DNA of 64,000 nucleotides from an uncultured candidatus Brocadiaceae bacterium (GTDB lineage Bacteria; Planctomycetota; Brocadiia; SM23-32): positions 8,321 to 72,320 of the forward strand of contig CAYSWA010000007.1 in the NCBI GenBank assembly GCA_964434535.1, read 5' to 3'. Positions 30,042 through 39,052 of this stretch are shown here, piece by piece. Both the position numbers and the translations under genes were made by a program. Every line of letters begins with the position of its first letter. The first letter of the stretch is position 1. A model generated the notes under the pieces. That model was not told where the DNA came from. It did no database searches and saw nothing but the letters and a program-made list of their open reading frames with translations.

Positions 30042-32762
30042 ATGCCCGACGCACAAGCCGGCCCGCCATCGACCGGGCGCTCCGACGAGGAGCTGTGGGA
30101 GCGGTTCGTCGGCGGCGACGCCGCCGCGCTCGCCGAGCTGAGAGCCCGCCACACGGGCCCGCTCTACCGCTACCTGCTGCTGAGCACCGGCCGCCCCGAC
30201 GAGGCCGGCCGGCACGTGGTCGGCACGTGGAGCCTGCTGGCCTGCTACCGGGAGCGCTTCCAGGGCTTCGCCTCGTTCCGCGCCTGGCTCTACGCCGTGG
30301 CCACCCAGAGGTGGATGCCGCCGACGCACCCCGAGCAGTTCGGCCTGACCGACCTGATGGACGATCTGCGCCGCGGCCGGCCGAGCTCGCGCGAGGGACG
30401 CATCTTCTTCCGCGTCAACGACATGCATCGCTCCGTGCGGCAGCCGTTCCTGCTGGAGGCGCTGGCGGGCCTCGGGCCCGACGAGATCGCCGCCGCCTGC
30501 CGCTTCACGCCCGAGCGCGTCCGCAAGGCTCTCGCGACGGCCTACCGGCGCCTCGCCCGCAGCGGGCTCTTCGGCCCGGGCGAGGGGGCGGACGCGGAGT
30601 CGCGCGCGGCCATCGCCGAGCAGGTCCGGCAGGCCGCCGACGTCTCGCTGCCGGAAGAGATGGCGGAGCTCGTCGAGCGCGGGGTGGCGGAGGCGACTGA
30701 GAGCGGGGAGGTGCTCCGCACTGCCCCGGCCGATTGGAGGCCCGAGCGTTCGGGCCGGCAGCGGGCGGCCCTCGTGGTGGCGTCCATCGTCCTGTTCGTG
30801 GTCGGGTCGGCCGGGCTTCTCGCTCTGCTGGGAGGCCGGGGGGAGCCCGTGCCGCCGGTCGCCGAAGCGGCCTCTCTATCAGGCCGCGCCGAGGTGCGGC
30901 CCCCGGGCGTCAGCGTGTGGCGCGAGATGGGCCGGCGGGAGTCCCTGCCGCCCGGCGCGCAGGTGCGCACCGGGCCGCAGGCCTACCTGGTGCTGCGGGG
31001 GGAGGGGGTCGAGTGGTGGCTGCCGCCCGTCACGGTCGTGGCGCTGCCCGAGCCCCGGACGGCTGAGCTGCTGGCAGGGAGGCTGTATGCGCGCGTGGAA
31101 ACCGGCGAAGCCCCGGGACGCGTGACCTCCGAGAACGGAAGCGTGGCCTGCCCGGAGGGGGAGTTCGTCGCCCGGGTGACCTCCCGGCGCTTCATCGCCG
31201 GCTGCGTGGGCGGAGACGCGGCTGTCGAGGCGGGCGAGGCGAGCGCGCAGCTCGGCCCCGGGGAGCTGACCATGGCCACCCGGGGCGAGCATGTCGGGCC
31301 GGTGCGGCCCGTCCGCCCCGCGCAGCTCACGCACTGGCTGGGTGAGTTCGCGCGCTACGAGGGGCGCCACATCGAGCCGCGGCAGCTCGCCGGCGTGCCC
31401 CTCGCGCCCGCGGCGCCCGCGCTGCCGCGCGGCGTGCGCATGGAGCGGCTCGCGCTGGAGCTCACCGTGCGCGGCCCCCTTGCGCTCGTCGAAGTGCGGG
31501 CGGCGCTGAGCAACGAAGGCGATGCGCAGTGGCAGGGGACGCTGGACCTCGGCGCGGCCGTCCTTCCCCCGCCCCTGGCGATCACCTCGGACGGGCCGCT
31601 TCGGCTGGCGCCCGGCGAGGGGGGCGAGGCCCGGCTGGCCGGGCTCTGCCTCATGCGCGACCGGCGCGGGCACTACGCCCTCGGCATCGACCCGGGCGCC
31701 TGGAGCGGCGGGACAATCGGCCGTCTGGACGTGCAGGTGAGCTCTGACGCGCAGGGCGGCATCGGCCGCTTCGCCTGCCCCACGCTCGGGGCGCGCTTGA
31801 GGCCGCGGGGGGCGCTGGACTGGACGGCGCGGCGCCGGGATTTCGCTGCGGAGACGCCGCTCGTCTTCGAGTTCGAGTTCGGCAAACCCGAGGGCATCGC
31901 GTGCCTGACGGGCTCCACCGACGGCGCGCGGGCGGCCCTGGTCGCCTGGCGGCCTCCCGCCGTGAAGCAGGAGTGGATCGCGAAGGAGCGCAACGTCTTC
32001 ATCGCTTTCGACGCCACGGCCGACTTCGGCCCGGGCGGCCGTTTCGCTGCCCAGGAGGCGCTGGAGGGCCTGATCCAGGCGCTGCCGCCGGGCTGCTCGA
32101 CGGCCTTGCTCGCCTACGACGGCCGGCTGCGGCTTGACCCCGACCGCCTGGCGCTGCACCATCCCGACCGGGTGGAGTCGATGCTCTCCGGGCTCTGGCA
32201 GCTCCAGGTGGAGGGCGCGGAGGAGGAGGCCGCGCCCGGCGCCTTCCTGGCGGCCGCCGTCGAGCTGGCCGTGGGGGCCGAAGGGGAGGGGTTGCTCGTG
32301 TTCGTCACCGGGCGCGAGGCGCCCGTGGAGCTGCCGGAGGCCAGGCCGGACGGCGGCCTGCGCGTCTGCGTCATCCAGGTCGGCGCGGAGGCGCCCGCCG
32401 CGGCGTATGCGGCCCTGTGTGCGGGCACGGGCGGCGTGGCGCTGGCCGTGCCGCCGACGGCGGCGCCGGACCTGGCCGTGATCGACTTCCTGGTGAACCT
32501 GGACGTGGCGGCGCTGCGCGAGGTCGCGCTCGATGCGCCGGGCGCCGGCGCGGCGGCCGTGCTGCGGGGGGAGGCGCGCTTCAGCAGCCAGCCGGTTGTC
32601 GGGCTGCTCGCCCTGCCGGGGGCGGGGGGTTCGGTGGCCGGCCGCTTTCGGGCGCGCGCCGGGGGACGCGCATTGGAGCGGCACTTCGCCCTCGAAGCGA
32701 CGCCGGTCGACTCCCTGCCGCCCGCGCTCGTCCGGGTGCTGGGGCAGCGCCACCTGCGGTGA
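30042..32762 (+). CDS. fusion protein: ECF sigma-70 factor + transmembrane FecR-like anti-sigma domain + C-terminal vWA-like domain
   Basis: Sigma region 2 (LYRYLLLSTGRPDEAGRHVVGTWSLLACYRERFQGFASFRAWLYAVA) and region 4 HTH (PDEIAAACRFTPERVRKALATAYRRL). One TM helix (LVVASIVLFVVGSAGLLALL). FecR-like block (SVWREMGRRESLPPGAQVRTGPQAYLVLRGEGVEWW). vWA-like VFIAFDATADFGPGG near the C-terminus. A TAGAAT -10 lies at 30007-30012. Confidence 0.7.
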   Translation: MPDAQAGPPSTGRSDEELWERFVGGDAAALAELRARHTGPLYRYLLLSTGRPDEAGRHVVGTWSLLACYRERFQGFASFRAWLYAVATQRWMPPTHPEQFGLTDLMDDLRRGRPSSREGRIFFRVNDMHRSVRQPFLLEALAGLGPDEIAAACRFTPERVRKALATAYRRLARSGLFGPGEGADAESRAAIAEQVRQAADVSLPEEMAELVERGVAEATESGEVLRTAPADWRPERSGRQRAALVVASIVLFVVGSAGLLALLGGRGEPVPPVAEAASLSGRAEVRPPGVSVWREMGRRESLPPGAQVRTGPQAYLVLRGEGVEWWLPPVTVVALPEPRTAELLAGRLYARVETGEAPGRVTSENGSVACPEGEFVARVTSRRFIAGCVGGDAAVEAGEASAQLGPGELTMATRGEHVGPVRPVRPAQLTHWLGEFARYEGRHIEPRQLAGVPLAPAAPALPRGVRMERLALELTVRGPLALVEVRAALSNEGDAQWQGTLDLGAAVLPPPLAITSDGPLRLAPGEGGEARLAGLCLMRDRRGHYALGIDPGAWSGGTIGRLDVQVSSDAQGGIGRFACPTLGARLRPRGALDWTARRRDFAAETPLVFEFEFGKPEGIACLTGSTDGARAALVAWRPPAVKQEWIAKERNVFIAFDATADFGPGGRFAAQEALEGLIQALPPGCSTALLAYDGRLRLDPDRLALHHPDRVESMLSGLWQLQVEGAEEEAAPGAFLAAAVELAVGAEGEGLLVFVTGREAPVELPEARPDGGLRVCVIQVGAEAPAAAYAALCAGTGGVALAVPPTAAPDLAVIDFLVNLDVAALREVALDAPGAGAAAVLRGEARFSSQPVVGLLALPGAGGSVAGRFRARAGGRALERHFALEATPVDSLPPALVRVLGQRHLR

Positions 32763-32784
32763 GGCCGCGCGTCGTGCGTTCCGC

Positions 32785-32812
32785 TTGACGCGGCTCGGGG
32801 TTCGTGTAGAAT
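32785..32812 (+). promoter_or_regulatory. strong sigma-70-like promoter TTGACG-N16-TAGAAT
   Basis: TTGACG 32785-32790, TAGAAT 32807-32812. It lies 58 nt upstream of the ATG at 32870. Confidence 0.5.
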
Positions 32813-32834
32813 GGAACTGACTGGTCAGTTCCAT
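32811..32834. promoter_or_regulatory. perfect 24-bp palindrome ATGGAACTGAC-TG-GTCAGTTCCAT (putative operator)
   Basis: 11-bp arms with a 2-bp spacer, overlapping the -10/+1 region of the preceding promoter. This is typical operator placement for a dimeric repressor. Confidence 0.5.
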
Positions 32835-32869
32835 GCGGGGGCACGCAACCGGTTTCCGAAGGCAAGTGG

Positions 32870-33781
32870 ATGGCATCCCTGATAGAGAGAAGCAATCCTG
32901 CGCCCGAGCCGCCGTACGCTGAGGTGCGCGGCGAGGGCTCGGACAACGCGCTGAGGGAGCTCCAGCACGAGCCCCCGGAGGAGCTCGCCCGCATCATCGC
33001 CGAGCGCCTGGAGCCGGGGGAGCGGCTGATCCTGTCCTTCCCGGTGGACATGAACCTGCTGGGCCGCTACGCGCAGGAATGGCTCATCCTCACCGATCGG
33101 CGCTGCTACGTCTACGAGGGGCTGGACTCGGGCTACGAGCTGCGGCTGCCCGAGCGGAAGGTCTGCCCCACGTGCGGTCGGATCATCCGCCCCCGTATCG
33201 GCACCTGCCTCGCCTGCATGAGCAAGCGGCGGATACTGCTGCGGCTGCTGCGGTTCGTGCGGCCGCACGCCGGCCTGATGGCGGTGGCGCTCTGCCTGCT
33301 GCTGGTGGCGACGGCGATCAGCATGGCGCCGCCCCTGATCTCGAAGGCGGTCTTCAACCTGGCGATCGTGCCGACGGCGGGGGAGGCGGCGGCGCCGGCG
33401 GAGAACTTCTGGTACCGGTTCGCCGAGCCGGAGTCGGTCGAGCTCCTGCTGGTGCTTGGCGGCGCGCTCCTGCTGGCGTTCGCCGTGCCTGCGGTGCTGG
33501 ACGGGGTGCGCCAGTTCGTGATGGGGCGGGTCGGCATGCACGTGGTGGTGGACCTGAGCAACACCGCTTTCTCGCACATGATGCGCCTGAGCCTTTCGTT
33601 CTACCATCGCGAGCAGACCGACCGTGGCCCGCGCCGCATCGAGCTGAAGAGCAGCCACGACGCCGACCGCCTGCCCGGCGGGCGCATCTACGTGCGCGAC
33701 GCCGAGGGGAACGCCTACCTGATCCCCGACTACCGCGCGTTGGACCCCGCCAGCCGCGACATGATCGACCTGTTCATGTAG
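32870..33781 (+). CDS. membrane protein with N-terminal zinc-ribbon/PH-like domain and ABC-exporter-type TMD fragment (truncated; possible pseudogene/remnant)
   Basis: CPTCGRIIRPRIGTCLAC zinc ribbon. RILLRLLRFVRPHAGLMAVALCLLLVATAISMAPPLISKAVFN and FSHMMRLSLSFYHREQT match TM1-3 of ABC exporter TMDs. The ORF stops after about 3 helices and no NBD follows in any frame. Confidence 0.4.
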   Translation: MASLIERSNPAPEPPYAEVRGEGSDNALRELQHEPPEELARIIAERLEPGERLILSFPVDMNLLGRYAQEWLILTDRRCYVYEGLDSGYELRLPERKVCPTCGRIIRPRIGTCLACMSKRRILLRLLRFVRPHAGLMAVALCLLLVATAISMAPPLISKAVFNLAIVPTAGEAAAPAENFWYRFAEPESVELLLVLGGALLLAFAVPAVLDGVRQFVMGRVGMHVVVDLSNTAFSHMMRLSLSFYHREQTDRGPRRIELKSSHDADRLPGGRIYVRDAEGNAYLIPDYRALDPASRDMIDLFM

Positions 33782-33878
33782 CCGCTGCGGGCGCCTCGCC
33801 GGTGACACGGGCCGGGCGTTCTGGTACAATGTTTGGCGAGGCGCGCGTGCGCCCTTTGCAGGGCTCCTGGAGCGGCCG

Positions 33879-34874
33879 ATGCTGGGTTGGAGAGACATTC
33901 TCCTCCTCTCGATGCTGTTGCTCGGCGCGGCGGTCGTGATCGCCGGCGGTGCGGGGGCGATGGAGGTCTGGACGCCGCAGGCCGGAGAGGTGGAGCTGGA
34001 GGAGATGCCGCGCGACGACGTGGAGTCCCGCCGTCGGCACGCGATCGCCCTGATCGGCGCCGGGCAGTGGGCGGGCGGCATGGCCGAGCTGCGGGGCCTG
34101 CTGAAGGATCATCCTGACGCTTCGTGGGTGCCGGAGGCCCGCATGGCCCTGGCCCGCGGCTGGCTGGCGCAGCAGAAGCCACGGAAGGCGTTCGAGGAGC
34201 TGGCCGGGCTGCTGGCCGAGTGGCCGGAGACGGAGCTGAGGCCGCATGCGCGGGCCGCGCAGTTCACATGCGCACGCATGGCCGGCCAGGAGGATGTGGG
34301 GCGCGGCGTCGCCCTCTACGAGCGGATCATCGAGACGTCGCAGGACCGCGACGAGGCGGCGCTCGCGCAGGTCAGGATGGCCGACCTTCTCTTCGAGGCG
34401 CGACGTTACCTGGACGCGGAGACGGAGTACCTGGCGCTGGTCAGCTTCTACCCGGACAGCGAGTGGGTGCCTTACGCCTGGTATCGCGCCGCCGCGTGCC
34501 AGAAGGGCCTGGCCGAGTGGCTGGAGCTGGGGCTGGAGAACGTGGAGACGGCCGAGGCACACCTGAGGGACTACCTGCAGCGCTACCCGGGGCACGCGCA
34601 GTCCGACCAGGCGCGCCAGGCGCTAAAGGAGGTGCGGCGGCGCGAGGCGGAGCTGAACCTGGAGATCGCCCGCTTCTACGCCGAGGCGGAGGGCCGCCCC
34701 TGGGCGGCGGTTTGTTACCTGGAGCACGTCGTGGAACGGTTCCCGGGCACTCCCGAGGCCGACGAGGCCGGCGCCGAGCTGGCGCGCATCCGGGGCCGGA
34801 TGCGCGCGCCCCTGCCGGGCGAGGTGAGGGAGTTGAACGTGCCCGGCGTCGTGCGGCAAGGAGCAAGCGAGTGA
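33879..34874 (+). CDS. TPR-repeat outer-membrane lipoprotein, BamD/YfiO-like
   Basis: N-terminal signal/anchor. Multiple TPR-like units (ALARGWLAQQKPRKAFEELAGLLAEWP..., AQFTCARMAGQ..., YLALVSFYPDSEWVPYAWYRAAAC) resemble BamD. Confidence 0.6.
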   Translation: MLGWRDILLLSMLLLGAAVVIAGGAGAMEVWTPQAGEVELEEMPRDDVESRRRHAIALIGAGQWAGGMAELRGLLKDHPDASWVPEARMALARGWLAQQKPRKAFEELAGLLAEWPETELRPHARAAQFTCARMAGQEDVGRGVALYERIIETSQDRDEAALAQVRMADLLFEARRYLDAETEYLALVSFYPDSEWVPYAWYRAAACQKGLAEWLELGLENVETAEAHLRDYLQRYPGHAQSDQARQALKEVRRREAELNLEIARFYAEAEGRPWAAVCYLEHVVERFPGTPEADEAGAELARIRGRMRAPLPGEVRELNVPGVVRQGASE

Positions 34875-35365
34875 GAAGCGCACGGGTCACGAAGGCGATC
34901 GGCGCCGTGCTGGCGCTGGCGGCCCTGGCGGGCTGCTTCGGTTACCGGGCCGAGAGCCTGTTCCGCCCGGACATACGGACCGTCTACGTGGAGGCGTTCG
35001 ACAACGGGACGTTCCGGCGCGGGCTGGAGGTGCCGCTTACGCGGGCGGTGGCGGACGAGATCCGCCTGCGCACGCCGCTGGTGCTGGCGCCGCGCGAGGA
35101 GGCCGACAGCGTGCTCAGCGGCGAGCTGGTCGAGTTCAGCGAGAGCACGCAGGTCAAGACGGAGGACGACCGGATACTGCTGAACCGGGTGACGGCCGAG
35201 GTCCGCTTCCGCTGGCGCGACCGCTTGACCGGGCGGGACATCGTGCCCGAGCAGACCGTCCAGGAATCGGTGCGCATCGCCGAGTCGCTGGAGGAGACGT
35301 TGTTCGGGCTCGTTTTTGAGGAGACGGCTCAACGCATCGTCGAACGGATGCAGGAGCCCTGGTGA
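34871..35365 (+). CDS. lipoprotein (LptE-like)
   Basis: GTG 34871 overlaps the upstream stop (GTGA). Lipobox LALAALAGC followed by an LptE-like pattern (TVYVEAFDN...LVLAPREEADSVLSGEL). Confidence 0.5.
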   Translation: MRSARVTKAIGAVLALAALAGCFGYRAESLFRPDIRTVYVEAFDNGTFRRGLEVPLTRAVADEIRLRTPLVLAPREEADSVLSGELVEFSESTQVKTEDDRILLNRVTAEVRFRWRDRLTGRDIVPEQTVQESVRIAESLEETLFGLVFEETAQRIVERMQEPW

Positions 35366-35371
35366 CGGACA

Positions 35372-37402
35372 ATGGCGAGAGACGACGAGAGGCGCAGGAT
35401 GCGCGAGGCGGGGCCCGAGGAGCCCTTTGACGACGACGGCCCGCAGCGTCCCCGCGTGGGGCGGCAGTTGCTGATATGGGCCGTCTTCATCGGGGCCGTG
35501 CTGGTGGCCTTCTTCCTGTATCAGCGCATGAAGCACTCGACCGAGCGGGACATCACCATCGGCGAGCTCCAGGTCCTGATGGCGCAGGGCCGCGTCACGG
35601 AACTGCGCGTCGAGGGGACCAACGCACGCGGCTCGCTGAAGGCCGAGGGCGGGCAGAGCGCGCCGTTTCGCGTGACGCTCAGCGAGGGCTACATCGACGA
35701 TCACCTGGACGAATGGGCGCGCCACCTGCCGAAGGACGCGCTGAGCATCAAGGAGCCGGCCGGGATGGTGCCGATGCTGCTGCTGCAGATGGCGCCGTTC
35801 CTGCTGCTGCTGGTGCTGATGGTCTACTTCTTCAACCGGCAGATGCGCGCGGTCGGCTCGCGCGACGGGTTCTCGCCCTTCCTCGGCTCCAGCACGAACG
35901 CCGCGCGCAAGGAACGGCCGGAGGTGACCTTCAACGACGTGGCGGGCGTCGAGGAGGCCAAGGAGGAGGTGCAGGAGATCGTGGAGTTTCTGAAGAGCCC
36001 CGAGAAGTTCCAGCGCGTCGGCGGGCGCATCCCCCGCGGCGTGCTGCTGGTCGGGGCGCCGGGCACGGGCAAGACGCTGCTGGCCAAGGCGATCGCCGGC
36101 GAGGCGGACGTGCCGTTCTTCAGCCTCTGCGGCTCGGACTTCGTGGAGCTTTTCGTCGGCGTCGGCGCCTCGCGCGTGCGGGACCTGTTCCGCAAGGCGC
36201 GCCAGAACCAGCCGGCGATCATCTTCCTGGACGAGATCGACGCCGTCGGCCGCAAGCGCGGCACCGGCCTGGGCGGGGGGCACGACGAGCGGGAGCAGAC
36301 GCTCAACGCGATCCTGAGCGAGATGGACGGGTTCAGCCGGGACGAGGGCGTCATCGTGATCGCCGCGACGAACCGGCCGGACGTGCTGGATCCGGCGCTG
36401 CTGCGCCCGGGCCGTTTCGACCGCGAGATCGTGGTGGACATGCCGGACGTGCGGGGCCGGGAGGAGATCCTGAAGGTGCACGCCCGCAAGGTGAACATGG
36501 CGCCGGAGGTGGGCCTGAGCGAGATCGCGCGCGGCTCCCCCGGCTTCACCGGCGCCGACCTGGAGGCGCTGGTCAACGAGGCGGCTATCCAGGCGGCCGT
36601 CAAGGGCCGCGAGGAAGTCCGCCAGGAGGACCTGGAGGAGGCGCGCGACAAGGTGCGCTTCGGCCGCCAGAAGAAGCGCAGCCGTGTGATGAGCGACGAG
36701 GACCGCCGCATGACGGCCTATCACGAGGCCGGCCACGCCCTGGTGGCGAAGCTGCACGAGGACGTGGAGCCGCTGCATAAGGTGACGATCATCCCGCGCG
36801 GCGTCGCCCTGGGCATGACCATGGTGCTACCGGAGAAGGACAAGTACGGCATGCGCATGCGGGAATGCCTCGGGGCGATCACGATGAACATGGCGGGGCG
36901 CGTCTCGGAGGAGATGTTCTGCGGCGACATATCTTCCGGCGCCGAGAACGACATCCGCGCCGCCACCAACCTGGCCCGCAAGATGGTCACCCAGTGGGGC
37001 ATGAGCGAGGCCCTGGGGCCGATCAGCTACAGCGACGACGAGCAGCACGTCTTCCTCGGCAACGAGATCACCAAGGCCAAGCAGCACAGCGAGCGCATGG
37101 CCGAGCAGATCGACCAGGAGATCTGCGACATCCTCATGCGCTGCTACGAGGCGGCCAAGAGCACCTGCAAGGAGCACTCGGCCGAGCTCCAGGCCGTGGC
37201 CGAGGTGCTGCTGGAGCTGGAGACGCTGACCGGCGAGGACGTGGACTGGATCTTCGAAGGCGCGACCGTCGAACAACTGGTGGCCGCCCGCCGCGAGAGC
37301 GAGCGCGAGAAGGAGCGCGCCGAGGCCGAGCGCAAGCAGCGGCGGGAGCGCACCGATGAGTCGCCCGGCGGCTACCCCGCCCCGGCCGGCAGCCCGGCCT
37401 GA
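35372..37402 (+). CDS. ftsH: ATP-dependent zinc metalloprotease FtsH
   Basis: Walker [12 protein letters not shown] second region of homology, HEAGH zinc motif, two N-terminal TM helices. Confidence 0.9.
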   Translation: MARDDERRRMREAGPEEPFDDDGPQRPRVGRQLLIWAVFIGAVLVAFFLYQRMKHSTERDITIGELQVLMAQGRVTELRVEGTNARGSLKAEGGQSAPFRVTLSEGYIDDHLDEWARHLPKDALSIKEPAGMVPMLLLQMAPFLLLLVLMVYFFNRQMRAVGSRDGFSPFLGSSTNAARKERPEVTFNDVAGVEEAKEEVQEIVEFLKSPEKFQRVGGRIPRGVLLVGAPGTGKTLLAKAIAGEADVPFFSLCGSDFVELFVGVGASRVRDLFRKARQNQPAIIFLDEIDAVGRKRGTGLGGGHDEREQTLNAILSEMDGFSRDEGVIVIAATNRPDVLDPALLRPGRFDREIVVDMPDVRGREEILKVHARKVNMAPEVGLSEIARGSPGFTGADLEALVNEAAIQAAVKGREEVRQEDLEEARDKVRFGRQKKRSRVMSDEDRRMTAYHEAGHALVAKLHEDVEPLHKVTIIPRGVALGMTMVLPEKDKYGMRMRECLGAITMNMAGRVSEEMFCGDISSGAENDIRAATNLARKMVTQWGMSEALGPISYSDDEQHVFLGNEITKAKQHSERMAEQIDQEICDILMRCYEAAKSTCKEHSAELQAVAEVLLELETLTGEDVDWIFEGATVEQLVAARRESEREKERAEAERKQRRERTDESPGGYPAPAGSPA

Positions 37403-37454
37403 GCGCGCAGTCAGAGCGATCCTCCTCGCGTCCATCCGCGGAGCCTCCCCACCC

Positions 37455-37898
37455 ATGAGCGGCGACCGAACAGCGGCCTCGAACAAGAAGATCGCCCCGT
37501 GGTACGCCGGGGGGCTGCGCTTCACCTGCGCGCGCTGCGGGCGCTGCTGCGGCGGGGCGCCGGGCTACGTCTGGGTGGAGCAGGCCGAGATCGCGCCCAT
37601 GGCGGCCCACCTGGCGATGGAGACGCGCGAGTTCAGGAAGCGGTTCTGCCGCAACGTCTGGTGGCGCGTGAGCCTGCGGGAGCGGCCGAACGGCGACTGC
37701 GTGATGCTGACACCCGGCGGGTGCAGCGTCTACGAGGCGCGGCCCGCCCAGTGCCGCACGTTCCCCTTCTGGGCGGACAACGTGCGGAGCGCGGAGGCGT
37801 GGGAGGCGCTCAAGCGGCGCTGCCCCGGCGCCGGGCAGGGCCGCCTCTACAGCGCCGAGCAGATCGAGCGGATCGCCGCCAGCGAGGGCGCCGTCTGA
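37455..37898 (+). CDS. YkgJ-family Fe-S/zinc cysteine-cluster protein (CxxCxxCC)
   Basis: FTCARCGRCCGGAPGYVWV...CVMLTPGGCSVYEARPAQCRTFPFW. Confidence 0.7.
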   Translation: MSGDRTAASNKKIAPWYAGGLRFTCARCGRCCGGAPGYVWVEQAEIAPMAAHLAMETREFRKRFCRNVWWRVSLRERPNGDCVMLTPGGCSVYEARPAQCRTFPFWADNVRSAEAWEALKRRCPGAGQGRLYSAEQIERIAASEGAV

Positions 37899-37910
37899 GG
37901 GCCTTTCCTG

Positions 37911-37965
37911 TTGCGCCTGAGCGAGGCCCTCTGCTACGATGTGCTGTTGAGTTCCCCGCGCGGGG
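37911..37965 (+). promoter_or_regulatory. putative promoter TTGCGC-N18-TACGAT plus palindromic hairpin CCCCGCGCGGGG
   Basis: Hexamers at 37911-16 and 37935-40. Perfect 12-bp palindrome at 37954-37965, just downstream of the ykgJ-like stop and upstream of the phosphoesterase gene. Confidence 0.3.
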
Positions 37966-38007
37966 AGTAGACCCCCCCGCGCCACCCCAGGGGCCGCAGC
38001 CGGGCCG

Positions 38008-38778
38008 ATGATAGCCGTCATCTCCGACGTCCACGGCAACCTCGAAGCCCTGACCGCCGTGCTGGGCGAGCTGGGCGATGCGGAGACGATCTACTGCGCC
38101 GGCGACATCATCGGCTACGGTCCGAACCCGAACGAGTGCTGCGATCTGATACGTGAACGGGGCATCAAGTGCGTGCAGGGCAACCATGACTTCGTCTGCG
38201 CCAACCTGGACCGCCTGGACGGGGACGACCCCTCGATGCCCGAGGAGGATCGCGAGCTCTGCCGCCGCATGTTCAACCAGAAGAACAGCGCCGCCCAGGC
38301 GTCCTCTATCTGGACCAACCAGGTGCTGACCGCGGCGAACAGGCGCATGATCCGCGGGCTGCCCTGCGAGATCAACGAGAACGCGCTGACCATCGTCCAC
38401 GGCAAGCCGGGCTCGAAGGCCGACATGCTCAACGAGTACATGCTGGCCGGACACACGCACGGCAACGTAACCGCCAACATCAAGGGCCGCATGCTCGTGG
38501 TGGGGCACAGCCACATCCCGATGCGCACCTCCCGGCTGGTCAACCCCGGCAGCGTCGGCCAGCCGCGCGACCGGAACTGGATGGCCAGCTTCGCCGTGCT
38601 GGAGGATGCGTGGTACCGGTTCTCCTACATCCGCGATGAGGACATGACCTTCCGCATCGTCAACCAGTTCGTCACGTTGCGGCGCACCCCCTACAACGTG
38701 AAGGCCACCATACGGAAGATCAAGGAGCAGGACGGCCTGCCGGACTCGCTCGGCGATCGGCTGACGGTCGGACTCTGA
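38008..38778 (+). CDS. metallophosphoesterase (calcineurin-like, YfcE-type)
   Basis: MIAVISDVHGNLEAL...GDIIGYGP...GNHD...GHSH are the canonical metallophosphatase motifs. Confidence 0.75.
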   Translation: MIAVISDVHGNLEALTAVLGELGDAETIYCAGDIIGYGPNPNECCDLIRERGIKCVQGNHDFVCANLDRLDGDDPSMPEEDRELCRRMFNQKNSAAQASSIWTNQVLTAANRRMIRGLPCEINENALTIVHGKPGSKADMLNEYMLAGHTHGNVTANIKGRMLVVGHSHIPMRTSRLVNPGSVGQPRDRNWMASFAVLEDAWYRFSYIRDEDMTFRIVNQFVTLRRTPYNVKATIRKIKEQDGLPDSLGDRLTVGL

Positions 38779-38812
38779 GACGACTCTCCCGCCGCACCCG
38801 CAGGAGGCCCCG

Positions 38813-39031
38813 ATGGCAGAACCGGACGAGAGGAGCGCCCAGGTGAACGAACTGATGGAGAACGCCGAAGGCTACATCAGCGACGCCGAGTTCCGCGATG
38901 ATCTCGATATGCGGCAGCTCAGGTACATGCAGGCGACCTGCGCCCTGCTGCGAGCCACGGCGATCCAGAACCAGATGATCCTCGAGATGCTCCGCGAGCA
39001 GCGCGACCTGGAGGCGCTGGCCGGCGGCTGA
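38813..39031 (+). CDS. small hypothetical protein (72 aa)
   Basis: ATG with AGGAGG upstream. Acidic helical protein with no recognisable family. Confidence 0.3.
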   Translation: MAEPDERSAQVNELMENAEGYISDAEFRDDLDMRQLRYMQATCALLRATAIQNQMILEMLREQRDLEALAGG

Positions 39032-39052
39032 CCGTCTGCGCGAACCGGGCCC

